From the NCBI GenBank assembly GCA_033764015.1, contig JANRJK010000046.1:128001-192000 (forward strand): a stretch of 64,000 bases of DNA, read 5' to 3'. The translations under genes and the position numbers were made by a program. The stretch comes from Candidatus Sumerlaeia bacterium. Lineage in GTDB: Bacteria > Sumerlaeota > Sumerlaeia > SLMS01 > JANRJK01. This document shows, one piece after another, positions 48,115-58,339 of this stretch (the stretch's first letter is position 1; the number at the start of each line of letters is the position of its first letter). Below the pieces are notes generated by a model, which was given only the letters and a program-made list of their open reading frames with translations, did no database searches and had not been told where the DNA came from.

Positions 48115-48834
48115 ATGAAAATCATCGCGACGCTGCCGACCTACAACGAACGCCAAAACCTCGAAACCCTGATCGACGCGGTGCTCCAAGCCCATCCCCG
48201 GATCGAACTCCTTGTGATCGACGACAACTCGCCCGACGGCACGCACGAGCTGGTGCGCGGGCGGGCCGCCTCGGACGCAAGGGTGCACCTGCTGCACCGG
48301 ACGGAGGACAAGGGACGGGGCACCGCCGGCGTGGCGGGCTTCCTCGAGGCGCTCCGGCTCGGAGCCGACTACATCGTCGAGATGGACGCGGACTGGTCCC
48401 ACCACCCGCGCTTCATCGCCCCGATGGTCGAACGGGCCGAAGCGGGAGCCGACGTCGTGGTGGGCAGCCGCCTGGCCCCGGGCGGGGGTGAGGTGGGTCG
48501 GTCGCCCGCGCGAAAGTGGATCACGCTGCTTGCCAACGGCTACATCAGGACGCTTCTGCGGCTCCCCGTGCGGGACTGCACCAGCGGCTTCCGGGTGTTC
48601 CGCCGCTGGGTGCTGGAGCGGATCGACTGGAGCCGGGTGGAAAGCCGGGGTCCGGCGCTCGTCCAGGAAGTCCTGGTCGCCGCGCGAGCCCTCGGCGCGC
48701 GGGTGGAGGAGCACCCGATCCTGTTCGAAGAACGGAAGGCGGGGGCATCGTCCCTCACTTCTCGAATCCTGGTGGCCGGACTCATGGCGCAGTGGCGCCT
48801 TCGGTTCCGGCCCGCACCGGTGCGAACCCTATGA
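48115..48834 (+). CDS. polyprenol monophosphomannose synthase-like GT2
   Basis: PTYNE..NL, IDDNSPDGT, EMDADWSH, VVGSR, DCTSGFR. Confidence 0.92.
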   Translation: MKIIATLPTYNERQNLETLIDAVLQAHPRIELLVIDDNSPDGTHELVRGRAASDARVHLLHRTEDKGRGTAGVAGFLEALRLGADYIVEMDADWSHHPRFIAPMVERAEAGADVVVGSRLAPGGGEVGRSPARKWITLLANGYIRTLLRLPVRDCTSGFRVFRRWVLERIDWSRVESRGPALVQEVLVAARALGARVEEHPILFEERKAGASSLTSRILVAGLMAQWRLRFRPAPVRTL

Positions 48835-49577
48835 TCAACATGCAGACCGTAGTGGCCGAAGTCCTCGAAGCCTACCTGCCCGAACCGCGGCAGGACGCCG
48901 TCCTTGAAAAGCTCAGCGCGTTCCTCGACATGGTGCGCGGACGCCAGCGCGAAGTGAACATCACCGGCATCCGCGACCCGAACGACCTCGCGGTGCAGGT
49001 GGTCGGCGACGCGCTCGCCCCCCTCGCCGTCGCTCCCGAGGATTTCCCCCTCGACGGCCCCACCCGGCTCCTCGACGTCGGAACCGGCGCCGGACTCCCC
49101 GGCCTCGTCTACGCCATCTATTGGCCCGCCACGCAGGTGGTCCTCCTTGATTCCCAGAAGAAGCGCATCGACTTCGTCCGCGAGGTGGTCGAGGAACTCG
49201 GCCTCCCGAACGTCGAGGTCCTCGAGGGCCGCGCCGAAAGCCACGCCCACGCCCTCCAGTGGCGCGAGCAGTTCGACGTCGTCACCTCCCGCGCCCTCGC
49301 GCCGCTCCCCATCTCGCTCGAGCTCTGCCTCCCCTTCCTCGAACTCGAAGGCTACTTCCTCACCTACAAGAGCCTGAACCCGAACGACGAGATCAAGGAG
49401 GCGGAGTTCGCCCTCGGCAAGCTCGGCGGCGGCCCCATCGTCTCGCGCACCTACACCCCCGGCGCCGGCGCGCAGAAGCGCTCCGCCCTCTTCATCCCGA
49501 AGGTGGGCCTCACGCCGGACAAGTACCCGCGCCGCGAAGGCATCCCCGCCAAGCGCCCGCTCCGCGCCAGCCGCTAA
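48831..49577 (+). CDS. rsmG: 16S rRNA m7G527 methyltransferase
   Basis: NITGI, LDVGTGAGLPG, LLDS.KKR, GRAE, SRALA, TPDKYPRR.GIP.K.PL. Confidence 0.93.
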   Translation: MINMQTVVAEVLEAYLPEPRQDAVLEKLSAFLDMVRGRQREVNITGIRDPNDLAVQVVGDALAPLAVAPEDFPLDGPTRLLDVGTGAGLPGLVYAIYWPATQVVLLDSQKKRIDFVREVVEELGLPNVEVLEGRAESHAHALQWREQFDVVTSRALAPLPISLELCLPFLELEGYFLTYKSLNPNDEIKEAEFALGKLGGGPIVSRTYTPGAGAQKRSALFIPKVGLTPDKYPRREGIPAKRPLRASR

Positions 49578-49621
49578 CTCCGGCCCCGGGCCGCAACGCC
49601 CGGCACCCAGCGCCAACACCA

Positions 49622-49658
49622 CACCGCCCCGCCGGGACCCGATCCCGGCGGGGCGGTG
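49622..49658. terminator. hairpin between convergent genes
   Basis: 16-bp stem CACCGCCCCGCCGGGA/TCCCGGCGGGGCGGTG. Confidence 0.6.
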
Positions 49659-49707
49659 CGCTTGGGGCAACCCCCGGCCGGTTCGCGCGGCCGCCCCGCT
49701 CGGCGGA

Positions 49708-52371
49708 CTACTCCTCGTGCGCGAAGCACGGCCTCAACATCGAGTCGCGGAAGCCTTCCTCGTACTTGCTCCGCTCATCGAACGCCATCTTTCCGGACTT
49801 CGAAACCAACGCCAGCCGCGCAACGGCGCGGAAATCGGGATCGCGCTCCCACCCCGGCTCGGACTCGTTGGGCCTTGGCAGCCCGTCCTCGGGGGAGAGC
49901 GGCCCCAACGCGAGCTCGTGGGCGCTCCAAGGCCCCGCAAGGCGGAGCCCCGAGGGGATGGGCCGCGGCCGGTAGGGCTCGTAGTTCATCATGGTGAGGC
50001 ACGCGTAATCAGAAGACACGCCGATGCGCAGCCCGATCTCGCTCCACAGAGAGGTCACGGGTGCCACCGTATCCGGATTCTTCGCCAGGTCGGCGGAGAC
50101 CGGACCGTCGGGCAACCACCCCGTGACAAGGTGCCCCGCGTACCCGAGCACCGTTCCGAAGCTTGAGCCGAGCGCGACCGCACGCTCATACTGCTGCATC
50201 GTGGGAAGGGTCAGCGGGAGCCCAAGCGCCGCGCCGAAGCGGCCAAGCACCGAATCGGGGGTTGGCGTCGCGGGCGATCCGTTCGGGTGATCCCCCATCG
50301 CATCCACCCAACTCGGCCCGTGGACGGGCAGGAACGGCTTCTTGTGCTTCAATCCCTTCGGGAGCTTCCCGATCACATGCTTGTATTCCGCCTGCAGGAT
50401 TGGCCACTCGGAGATCCAGAATCCCTCCATGCATCGCGCCACACGCCCAAGAAGAACCCCCTCCGCCGCTTCGGGGTCCGTCCCGCCCGCGAGGAATGCA
50501 TTGCGCCGATAGAAGCCAGGCGGCATGAAGATGAACCGCATGGTGGCGTCGCCAAGTGAATAGACGCGCGGGGTCCGATGGAGTTCCAAATAGTGCCGAT
50601 CCTCGGCGCTCAACTGGTCCTCTAGGCGTCGGAGGCAATCCATCGAGTCTTGATTTGAACGGAGAATCTCTCCGAACCGAACCCTTGGCGCCACGACCAG
50701 CAGGTTCATGATTTCGCTGCGCCGCCATGGAGCAGGCAGTTTGTCCAGTTCGGCGGCAAGCAGGTGCCACTCACCCTGGAAGAGAAGTCGCATGAACATC
50801 GGAAGACTGGCGACCGGAGTCGCCTTCAGCTCATCGGGGCCGAAGGTGAGCGTGATGGATGAACCCATGCGCCTCGGCTCGGGCGGGATGACCACGGGCG
50901 CCTCGGCAATGGGTGTGGGGGGAGGGTCGTTCTTTGGGGTTGGAGCTCGCAACTCCAACTTCCCTGCATCGAATTGGTCGGCTACCTCCTTCGCGTATCG
51001 GGCGACACGCTTATGCTCCTCTTCATCCCGTATCAAAGGCCTATTGCCCGGCCCCAGGAAAGCCCACTCCTCGGCGACAAAACTAAGCTTCTTGCGCGTT
51101 AGGGAATGCCTCGTGTGCCTGTCGAAGGCGCTGCCGTCGCCGGAATACACAAAATTGGGACACATCGCAACAACCGGCCTCAGGAAGGACGGATGCTCCA
51201 CTTGCAGGGGCCTCGCCAAGTAGTAGCAATCCGCGATCGTTCTGCTGTAGCCTTGGCCCAGATACATCCACTCGCTCGGCGAAGCCGCCGGGAGTCGCTC
51301 TTCGGCGCACCAAACGCCTTCCTTGTCGATTCCATAACCATATCGCAATGATCGGAATGTTTCCGGATCGGCGCCCGGAACCACAGTGGCTCCCCGACGA
51401 TCCAGCCAGAGGATCCGCGCGCCATCGCGTGCGTACCCTCCCGGCTGCGGAGTATCGAAAAGACCCCTAACGAAGAGCCCTGCGTCCAGCGGCTGAAACT
51501 CCAGCGGGTTGATGCCATCCAGGATCCTCCCGTCCCAGGAAACCGACCCGCCAGTCGTCCGGATCTCGATCGGATCCGGGATCCTGAAGCGCTCATCTTC
51601 GAACGAGGGATCCTCTACGAGCTTCAGGAATAGGGAGTCCAACGCCTTCGCGCTGAGAAGCCACTTGGCCAAGAAATCCTTCTGCCCCTGCTCGTGATCC
51701 ACATGGGTGTCGCCAACGAAGAACCGCGAGCCGGCCTTCGCGTAGTGGGAGTCCACCCTAAGGGTCATGCAATTCAACCCCTTCGTTGGCCGCGGCCGCG
51801 CCTCATCATCATAGAAGATGTGTGATTTGTCGATGGAACTCAGTCCATAAAGCGGAAACCATGATTTCAGGTCCGCCCCTTTGAGCAGGCTGCAACCCAC
51901 GTAGGCCCGGGTTCCATCTTCCGCAAAGCCATTGCGAAGGGAAATCAACTTGGTTGTATCAGCCTTCGCGAGTGGCCCGGTGGGCCTGCCACCGGTGCTC
52001 AACCGCCGAAAGAACGCCCTCTTGTTATCGGCCCCGTACGAGATTTCATCCATTCTTCCATAATACTCGTGACTATCCATTAGATAGCCGGGATCAAGAG
52101 CGCGAAAAGTCGACGCATCCGCCTGCTTCATCACAGAGGACCCTACATGGACCGCCTTGCAATCGACCCCGTAAACCACATTCAGCACCCGGAAGGTGGC
52201 CAGATCCGCCTTGTTGCACTGGGACCATTCCTGATAGACCCGCTTCCGGTCCCGCGCCCAACCGAAGGGTAATTCTTCGAATGTCTCGTGGTGGCACTGG
52301 AGCACCTGTCTTCCGGTGCGGACTTTTCCATCCAAGTAATTGTAGGGGCTGGGATAGTAGTTGAGGGCCAT
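49708..52371 (-). CDS. DKNYY-repeat protein with a degenerate FGE-sulfatase-like C-terminal domain
   Basis: Repeats ADLATFRVL..YGVD, ADASTFRAL and ADPETFRSL.YGYGIDK; C-terminal FIFMPPG.Y, FWISEWP, PV...SW, LPT..QYE. Confidence 0.72.
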   Translation of the reverse strand: MALNYYPSPYNYLDGKVRTGRQVLQCHHETFEELPFGWARDRKRVYQEWSQCNKADLATFRVLNVVYGVDCKAVHVGSSVMKQADASTFRALDPGYLMDSHEYYGRMDEISYGADNKRAFFRRLSTGGRPTGPLAKADTTKLISLRNGFAEDGTRAYVGCSLLKGADLKSWFPLYGLSSIDKSHIFYDDEARPRPTKGLNCMTLRVDSHYAKAGSRFFVGDTHVDHEQGQKDFLAKWLLSAKALDSLFLKLVEDPSFEDERFRIPDPIEIRTTGGSVSWDGRILDGINPLEFQPLDAGLFVRGLFDTPQPGGYARDGARILWLDRRGATVVPGADPETFRSLRYGYGIDKEGVWCAEERLPAASPSEWMYLGQGYSRTIADCYYLARPLQVEHPSFLRPVVAMCPNFVYSGDGSAFDRHTRHSLTRKKLSFVAEEWAFLGPGNRPLIRDEEEHKRVARYAKEVADQFDAGKLELRAPTPKNDPPPTPIAEAPVVIPPEPRRMGSSITLTFGPDELKATPVASLPMFMRLLFQGEWHLLAAELDKLPAPWRRSEIMNLLVVAPRVRFGEILRSNQDSMDCLRRLEDQLSAEDRHYLELHRTPRVYSLGDATMRFIFMPPGFYRRNAFLAGGTDPEAAEGVLLGRVARCMEGFWISEWPILQAEYKHVIGKLPKGLKHKKPFLPVHGPSWVDAMGDHPNGSPATPTPDSVLGRFGAALGLPLTLPTMQQYERAVALGSSFGTVLGYAGHLVTGWLPDGPVSADLAKNPDTVAPVTSLWSEIGLRIGVSSDYACLTMMNYEPYRPRPIPSGLRLAGPWSAHELALGPLSPEDGLPRPNESEPGWERDPDFRAVARLALVSKSGKMAFDERSKYEEGFRDSMLRPCFAHEE

Positions 52372-52449
52372 TTGCGGGAGCCTTGCCGGAGGGGTTGGCT
52401 CAATCGCGCCCGGTCAAGAGCGACTCCGCAAGCCCAATCACGCAACTCC

Positions 52450-54465
52450 CTACCCGAAGTAGTCGAAATCCCGTTCGCTCCGCACCCGTCGGCGCAGAAG
52501 GAACGCATGGCAGGGGAGCGTGCGCGGATCGAGCAAGAGCTGGGCGTAGCGGCCCTGCCAGTGCAGCCGGATGTCGCCGAGCAGGTCGTGCACCTGGTAC
52601 ACGTCGTCCTCGGGGATGTGAAGCTCGTCGATCGGCACCTCGAGCCATGCGGCCTCCACCGACCGGGGATCGAGGTTCACGACGAACAGGAGCACGTCGC
52701 GCAGGTCGAGCGTGCGCCGGCTGTAGAAGAGCACGCTGCCGTTGTCCGTCCGGTGGAACGAAAGCACGCCGCCGGGCTGGAGCGCCGGGTGGTCGCGGCG
52801 CACCGCGTTGAGGCGCGTGATGAATTCGCGGATGCCTTGGCGCTGGGGTCCGCGGCGCGGGCGCAGCTCGAACTTCTCGGAGTGCGCGTACTCCTCCGTG
52901 CCGGGAATCGCCTCGTTCTCGCCGAGCTCGAAGCCGGAGTAGACGCCCCACGAGTCGCCGAGCGTCGCGGCGAGGAACGCGCGCACCAGGAACGCCGCGC
53001 GGCCGCCCGCCTGCAGGTACTCCGGCAGCACGTCCGGCGTCGTCGGGAACAGGTTCGGGCGGAAGTACTCCGACTTCTGGTCCGAGCGCAGGTCGGCGAA
53101 GAACTCGACCAGCTCCTGCTTCGTGTTCCGCCAGGGGAAGTAGGTGAGCATCTGCGAGAAGCCGGCCTTCGCGAGCGCCTCCTGAAGGCGCGGCGTGGTG
53201 AAGGACTCCGCGAGGAAGACCGCGTCCGGGTGCTTCCCGCGCACTTCCGCGAGCACCCACTCCCAGAAGGCGAGCGGCTTCGCGTGCGGATGGTCCACGC
53301 GGAAGCAGCGCACGCCGCGCGCGCACCAGAAGAGGAACACGTCGCGGAGCGCGGCCCAGAGCGCGCGCCACTCCGCGCCGCAGAAATCGAACGCGACGAT
53401 GTCGGTGAACGCCTGCCGCGGATGGTCGACGGGCTGCGGCGATCCGTCGGCGCGGCGCAGGAACCAGCCCGGGTGCTCCGCGATCCAAGGGTGGTCCGGC
53501 GAGGCGTGCAGCGCGATCTCCATCGCCACCTCGAGGCCCTTCTCCCGCGCGGCGGCGGTGAAGCGCTCGAAGTCCTCCAGCGTGCCGAGCCGCGGATCGA
53601 TGCTGGTGTGGCCCCCCTCCGGCGAGCCGATCGCCCAGGGCGATCCCGGATCGCCGGCGCGCGCCGCCCCTTGGCCCTCCCGCCCCTTGCGGTTCGTCGT
53701 CCCCACCGGATGCACCGGCGACAGCAGCACCGTGTTGAAGCCCATCCGCGCGATGTCGTCCAGCCGCTGCTCCGCGTCGCGCAGCGTGCCGTGCGTGCGC
53801 TCGTCCGGGCCGCAGGAGCGCGGGAAGAACTGGTACCAGGATCCGTAGGCGGCGCGCTCGCGCTCGACCAGCACGACGAGTTCCTGCTCGTAGGCGGTGT
53901 GCTGCCCGCGCGGGCCGTGCTCCGCCATTTGCTCCGCGAGTTCGCCGTCGAGCGCCGTGTGGATGCGCGCCATGCCGAGATCGCGGTCGGCGAGCCGTGC
54001 TGCGGCCTTCTGCAGCGCGAGGCGCACCGCGCCCTTCGCCGACTTGGCGGCGGCCCTCAGCATCGCCGCGCCCGAGGCGAGCTCCGCCTCCGTGTCGCGA
54101 CCCGCCATCGCCGCGCGCCGCAGCCGCTCGCGCCACGTCGCGAACTCGTCCACCCACGCCTCGACCGTGTAGAAGTAGCGCCCCGGCGCGTAGAGCTGGA
54201 ACGCCGCCGCCCACAGCCCGTCGCCGTGCGGCTTCATCGGCACCAACTGCCAGGTTTCGTCGTGCTCGTGGCGGAACAGCGCCGCCGCGCGCGCCTCCAG
54301 CGGCTCCGGATGCAGCACGCTCGCCGTCACGCCGAGCCACTCGCCCGAAATGCGCCGCGTCGGGTAGCGTCCTCCCTCGAGGCGCGGGCGCACATCGCTG
54401 ATCGAAATCGACGACGGCGCGCCGGCGGGAAGCGTGTCCGCGTGGGCGGGGTGCTGCGGCGACAT
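52450..54465 (-). CDS. glgE: alpha-1,4-glucan:maltose-1-phosphate maltosyltransferase
   Basis: SWYQFFPRS, PVHPVG..NRKG, GSPWAIGS.EGGH, SPDHPW, FRVDHPHAKP, FLAESFT, TYFPWRN. Confidence 0.93.
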   Translation of the reverse strand: MSPQHPAHADTLPAGAPSSISISDVRPRLEGGRYPTRRISGEWLGVTASVLHPEPLEARAAALFRHEHDETWQLVPMKPHGDGLWAAAFQLYAPGRYFYTVEAWVDEFATWRERLRRAAMAGRDTEAELASGAAMLRAAAKSAKGAVRLALQKAAARLADRDLGMARIHTALDGELAEQMAEHGPRGQHTAYEQELVVLVERERAAYGSWYQFFPRSCGPDERTHGTLRDAEQRLDDIARMGFNTVLLSPVHPVGTTNRKGREGQGAARAGDPGSPWAIGSPEGGHTSIDPRLGTLEDFERFTAAAREKGLEVAMEIALHASPDHPWIAEHPGWFLRRADGSPQPVDHPRQAFTDIVAFDFCGAEWRALWAALRDVFLFWCARGVRCFRVDHPHAKPLAFWEWVLAEVRGKHPDAVFLAESFTTPRLQEALAKAGFSQMLTYFPWRNTKQELVEFFADLRSDQKSEYFRPNLFPTTPDVLPEYLQAGGRAAFLVRAFLAATLGDSWGVYSGFELGENEAIPGTEEYAHSEKFELRPRRGPQRQGIREFITRLNAVRRDHPALQPGGVLSFHRTDNGSVLFYSRRTLDLRDVLLFVVNLDPRSVEAAWLEVPIDELHIPEDDVYQVHDLLGDIRLHWQGRYAQLLLDPRTLPCHAFLLRRRVRSERDFDYFG

Positions 54466-54544
54466 TCCTCGCGGTCTCTCCAGTGTGCTCCGAGTGACGG
54501 GATGATTGTACGATTCCCGCGCGGGGCAACCGGATTGGCGCACC

Positions 54545-56077
54545 CTACCGCGGCAGAAGCCGATGCTCCTCCCGGATTTCCCAGTTGTTGAACGAACCGC
54601 GGACGTAGAGTTCGTCGGAGAACGTCGGCAGTTCGGCCCTGAACGTGACGGAGCCGCCACGGACTTGCGGCCACGCGCCGTCCGGCGAGGCGGAACCGTC
54701 GGCAGGGACTTCCAGGACGTTGTTGATCTCGAAGTCGGAACCCCGTCTGCCCGGATTCGAGGGATCGACGAACCAGATGTCTTCCGACGGGGAGTAGAAC
54801 TTGTACTCGTGGACCCCGGCGGGGATCGTCGTGGTGAGTTCGAATGCGCGCTCGGGCACGCGCTGGAGGCGGTAGGCGTCGCTCCGCCGCCAATTGGCGA
54901 AGGTGCCGCGGACGTAGACGGTGTCGCGCAGCGTCGGCATCGACACGCGGAAGGTCACCTCGTTGGTGCTGTCGTCGACGGCGGGCCAACGCAAGCGCGA
55001 GCCATCGGCGGCCTTGGCGCCACCGGGCACCGAGAAGACGGCGTTCGCCATCACGCCTTCGCCGACCTTCATCGGGTTCAGGATGTCGTCCTGCCAATTG
55101 TCCGCGGGCGCGTAGAACTTGTACGCGTAGCGCCCCGGCTCCAAGCGCAGCTTCCCTTGAAACGTGCGGATCTCGGGGCGGGAGAGCTCGAGGTTGACGT
55201 CGGTGTTGTTTCCGGCCGCGACCGAGAACGACGGTGACTGCGCCTGAAGCCCGTTGTCCAAGATCGCTCCGACCGCGTACTCGCCCGGCAGCAGGTTCTT
55301 CAGCCGCACTTCCGCGCCATAAAGCGCGATGCGCGACACGATCGGCTCCGTGAACGTCTCGTACTCCGCGGTGAGCATCCCCTTCGGCGCCTCGCCGCCG
55401 CCGGTGAGGCGCACCGTGGCGCTGCCCGTCGGAATGTCGATGGCCAGGTCGCCCCCGTCCTTCGCCGGGATCGTCACGGTGCCGGGCATCATCCGAAGGC
55501 CGAAGTAGCCGGACGTCACGCCGACCTTGTACTCGCCGGGGAGGACGCGCGACGAATACGCGCCGTTCCCGTCGAGGCGCAGCTCGTGCCGCCGATCCTC
55601 CGCGACAAGGTCGACCCGGAAGCCGATCGCCGGCGGGACTTCGCCGCCGATGCGCACCGTTCCGCGAACCGGCACCCAACGTCCAAAGGACAGTTCGGCG
55701 CTCGTGCGCGTGGCCGGTGCGAGCACCACCGGCGTCTCCTCCGTAAGAAGCTCGCTCTCCGCGAGAGTCTGGCTCCAAAGCCGGTAGCTGCCCGGTGCCA
55801 CCCGTTCGAGGGAGAAGCGTCCCTCGGCGTCGGAGGTGGTCGACAAGGAGGAGCTCCCGGCGACCTGCGAGGCCGGGGTCAGCGACACCAGCGCGCCACC
55901 GAGTGGCTCGCCGTCGACGCCGCGAAGGACGCCACCGATGGCGCTCAGCTCGCCGAGCTCCGGCGCGCTCGCGACACGCTGCGTTCCAACCTCGACGCCA
56001 CCTCCCCGCGTCGCGCATCCCGCCGCCAACGCCAACAGCACCACTGCGCTCAACGCACCGAGCCCCCGAAGCATCAT
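54545..56077 (-). CDS. lipoprotein with carboxypeptidase-regulatory-like Ig domains and CBM48-like domains
   Basis: LAAGC lipobox; DGEPLGGA.V...SDAEGRF...PGSY; GRYAYKFY, VYVRGTFANW, HEYKFY..WFVDPSNP, YVRGSFNNW. Confidence 0.8.
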   Translation of the reverse strand: MMLRGLGALSAVVLLALAAGCATRGGGVEVGTQRVASAPELGELSAIGGVLRGVDGEPLGGALVSLTPASQVAGSSSLSTTSDAEGRFSLERVAPGSYRLWSQTLAESELLTEETPVVLAPATRTSAELSFGRWVPVRGTVRIGGEVPPAIGFRVDLVAEDRRHELRLDGNGAYSSRVLPGEYKVGVTSGYFGLRMMPGTVTIPAKDGGDLAIDIPTGSATVRLTGGGEAPKGMLTAEYETFTEPIVSRIALYGAEVRLKNLLPGEYAVGAILDNGLQAQSPSFSVAAGNNTDVNLELSRPEIRTFQGKLRLEPGRYAYKFYAPADNWQDDILNPMKVGEGVMANAVFSVPGGAKAADGSRLRWPAVDDSTNEVTFRVSMPTLRDTVYVRGTFANWRRSDAYRLQRVPERAFELTTTIPAGVHEYKFYSPSEDIWFVDPSNPGRRGSDFEINNVLEVPADGSASPDGAWPQVRGGSVTFRAELPTFSDELYVRGSFNNWEIREEHRLLPR

Positions 56078-56342
56078 TGCCCGTCTCCTAGGTGTGGTAA
56101 CCAACACCGTATCGTGGCGCTTTCCGGTGCTGCGGTCAAAGTCCAAACGGTGCGCGGACCCGGAGTGTCTTCGCGCGCTGCGAGGGACGCCCGGGAAAGC
56201 ACACCATCGAACTCGGATCATCCGCCTCGAGCGCTCGCCGCCGCCTCACCCCATGCCCAAAGCCGCCGCCCCGCTCAAAGGCCCACGATGGATCGCCCTA
56301 GCAGCGTGTCGATCTCGGACGCGATGAGGCACAGTTGCATTA

Positions 56343-57451
56343 CTGACCTCCCCCTGACCGCTTGACGTTGTTTCGGCGCGCCTGCGGCAGTGGGCGCCAT
56401 GTCCAGCCGCAAACCCTACCCCTACCACATGCTTGTCGATCCGGAGCGCGCCGCGCGGGCCCGCCGCGAGGCGGTGCTCGAAGTCGACCGTGGCGCCACG
56501 AAGGCCCATGTCGCCCGCCAAAACGGCGTCAGCCGCCAGACCGTCGACGCCTGGTGCAAGCTCGCCGATCCCGAGACGCGCGAGGTGCCGCTCAAGCCCG
56601 ATGGCCCCAAGCGCCGCGTGCCGCTCGACGTGCTCGCCTTGAAGGTCGCGCCGCAGTTCGACAAGGGGCCCCGGGCTTGCGGCTTCGACGCGGACGCATG
56701 GACCGCGCGGCTCGCCTCCCGCCTGATCGAGCGGGAGACAGGGGTCGCGTACGCGCCGGGCTACACGGCGCGGCTGCTCGCCCGCATGGGCTTCTCGCCG
56801 CAGAAGCCGGAGCGGCGCGCGCGAACGCGACGAGGAAGCGATCACGGCTTGGCGGCGCGAGGTGCCGCCGGAGCTGGAAAAAAAAGGTGGCTGAGGGCGC
56901 AACGCTCGTCGCGGCGGACGAGACGGGCCTCTCGCAGGTGCCGACCGTCGTGCGCACTTGGGCGCGCCGCGGGCGCACGCCGCGGCTCCGGCACCCGTTC
57001 AACTGGAAGAAGCTCTCGGCGCTCGTGCTGCTCACGCACCGGGGCGCCGCGCTCTGCGACATCGTCCCCGGCGCCTTCACCGCGGATCGCGTGCTGCTGA
57101 ACCTGAAGGCGCTGCTGGCCACCATCCCCGGGCGCATCGTGCTCCTCCTCGACAACGCCTCGATCCACCGCAGCCGAGCCATCCGCGAGTGGCTCGAAGA
57201 GCCCGCCGTGGCCGCGCGCCTCGAAATCGCCTGGCTGCCGCCCTACGCGCCCGAGCTGAACCCGGTGGAACTGCTGTTCTCGTCCATCAAGCGCGTGGAA
57301 CTCGGCAACCACCACGCGGAAGACCTCGGCGCCCTCGAACACCGCTTCCGCGCCGCACGCCAACGCGCCGCCCACGCAAACACCCAAAGCTACTTCGACC
57401 ACGCGCTCGGGGTTACACTCGAGCAACGTCAGGAGGTAGCGTGATGGTTAG
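56343..57451 (+). mobile_element. IS630 family insertion sequence
   Basis: TA dinucleotide on both flanks (56341-56342 and 57452-57453); imperfect terminal inverted repeats (21/30 identity, inner TGACGTTG). Confidence 0.88.
56399..57444 (+). pseudogene. IS630 transposase, split over three reading frames
   Basis: HTH part (VSRQTV..W; WTAR; MGFSPQKP) and DDE part (DETG, LDNASIH, LPPYAPELNPVE); A8 tract at 56878-56885 plus an indel in the CG run near 56820. Confidence 0.85.
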
Positions 57452-58294
57452 TAGGCCACTATCCTCTCCCTGATGCGCTGGGGAGCCGTCCGGAGTGATG
57501 CTCACGACACGCATGTCCGACGCCAAGTTGGGTAACTCGCCCCCCGACAGTCTTCCAGAGAGGACGACGCAGCCACTCGGGGTTCGCCGGGTCGAAGTCT
57601 TTCCTCCCTCGAAGTATCCAACGAAGTCCAAGGCGTCTTGAGCGTCCCCATAAATCTCGATGCTCACCGGAATCGCTTGACTGCTCGTCCGGTGCCTGTC
57701 CAGAGTGGGGGACAAACGGTCCTCGGGCAGGAAGGCCCCTCGGTATTGGATGATTCCATCGCCGCGCAGGCGTTCCAAGTTCAGTTCGGCGTCGCCTTGG
57801 GGCACCCAGACCAAGAAGGCGTTGGCGTCAAGGTACGACAGGCGACGGACTCCTGCAGCTTCCAAGTCCCTTAGTTCTTCCGCTGTGGGCGGCGTGGGGA
57901 ACTGGACAATCTGAAGGCGAGTCGCTGGAACCTCGAATCGGGCCTGATCAGTTCCAGTGAAGACCGTTCGGCGCGCCAGTCGGATTTCATCGTCCGATTT
58001 CCGAAGGAGGGAAGCAGGAATGAGCGGCGCGTAGCTGGATGGAATTTCCCATACCTCCATCAGCTCCCGGGAGCGCAATCGAACAGCCCCCGGAAGCCTC
58101 ATGATGAACTGTCGCGCATCCTCCCCGTCGACAACGAGGGGAGATTGAGTAGACTGGCCTCGGATCTGTTGGATCGGCAAGACAACTTTGACGACTTCAT
58201 TCTCTGTTTCGGCGGATACCGTGGCGCAAAGTCCCAGCGCTACGAGTACGGTGAGGATGGATCGACCTGTGCGGCGGAGGCTACCAGTTGACAT
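57452..58294 (-). pseudogene. exported protein resembling an S8 peptidase prodomain, interrupted by the IS630
   Basis: Signal peptide; IVQF..PP..EE...LE.AGV...SYLD.NAFLVW...RLSP.L; no catalytic domain visible. Confidence 0.65.
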
Positions 58295-58339
58295 CCTGCT
58301 ACTCCTGTGGAGATGTAGTGTTGCCGAGGTGAAGGGCCC

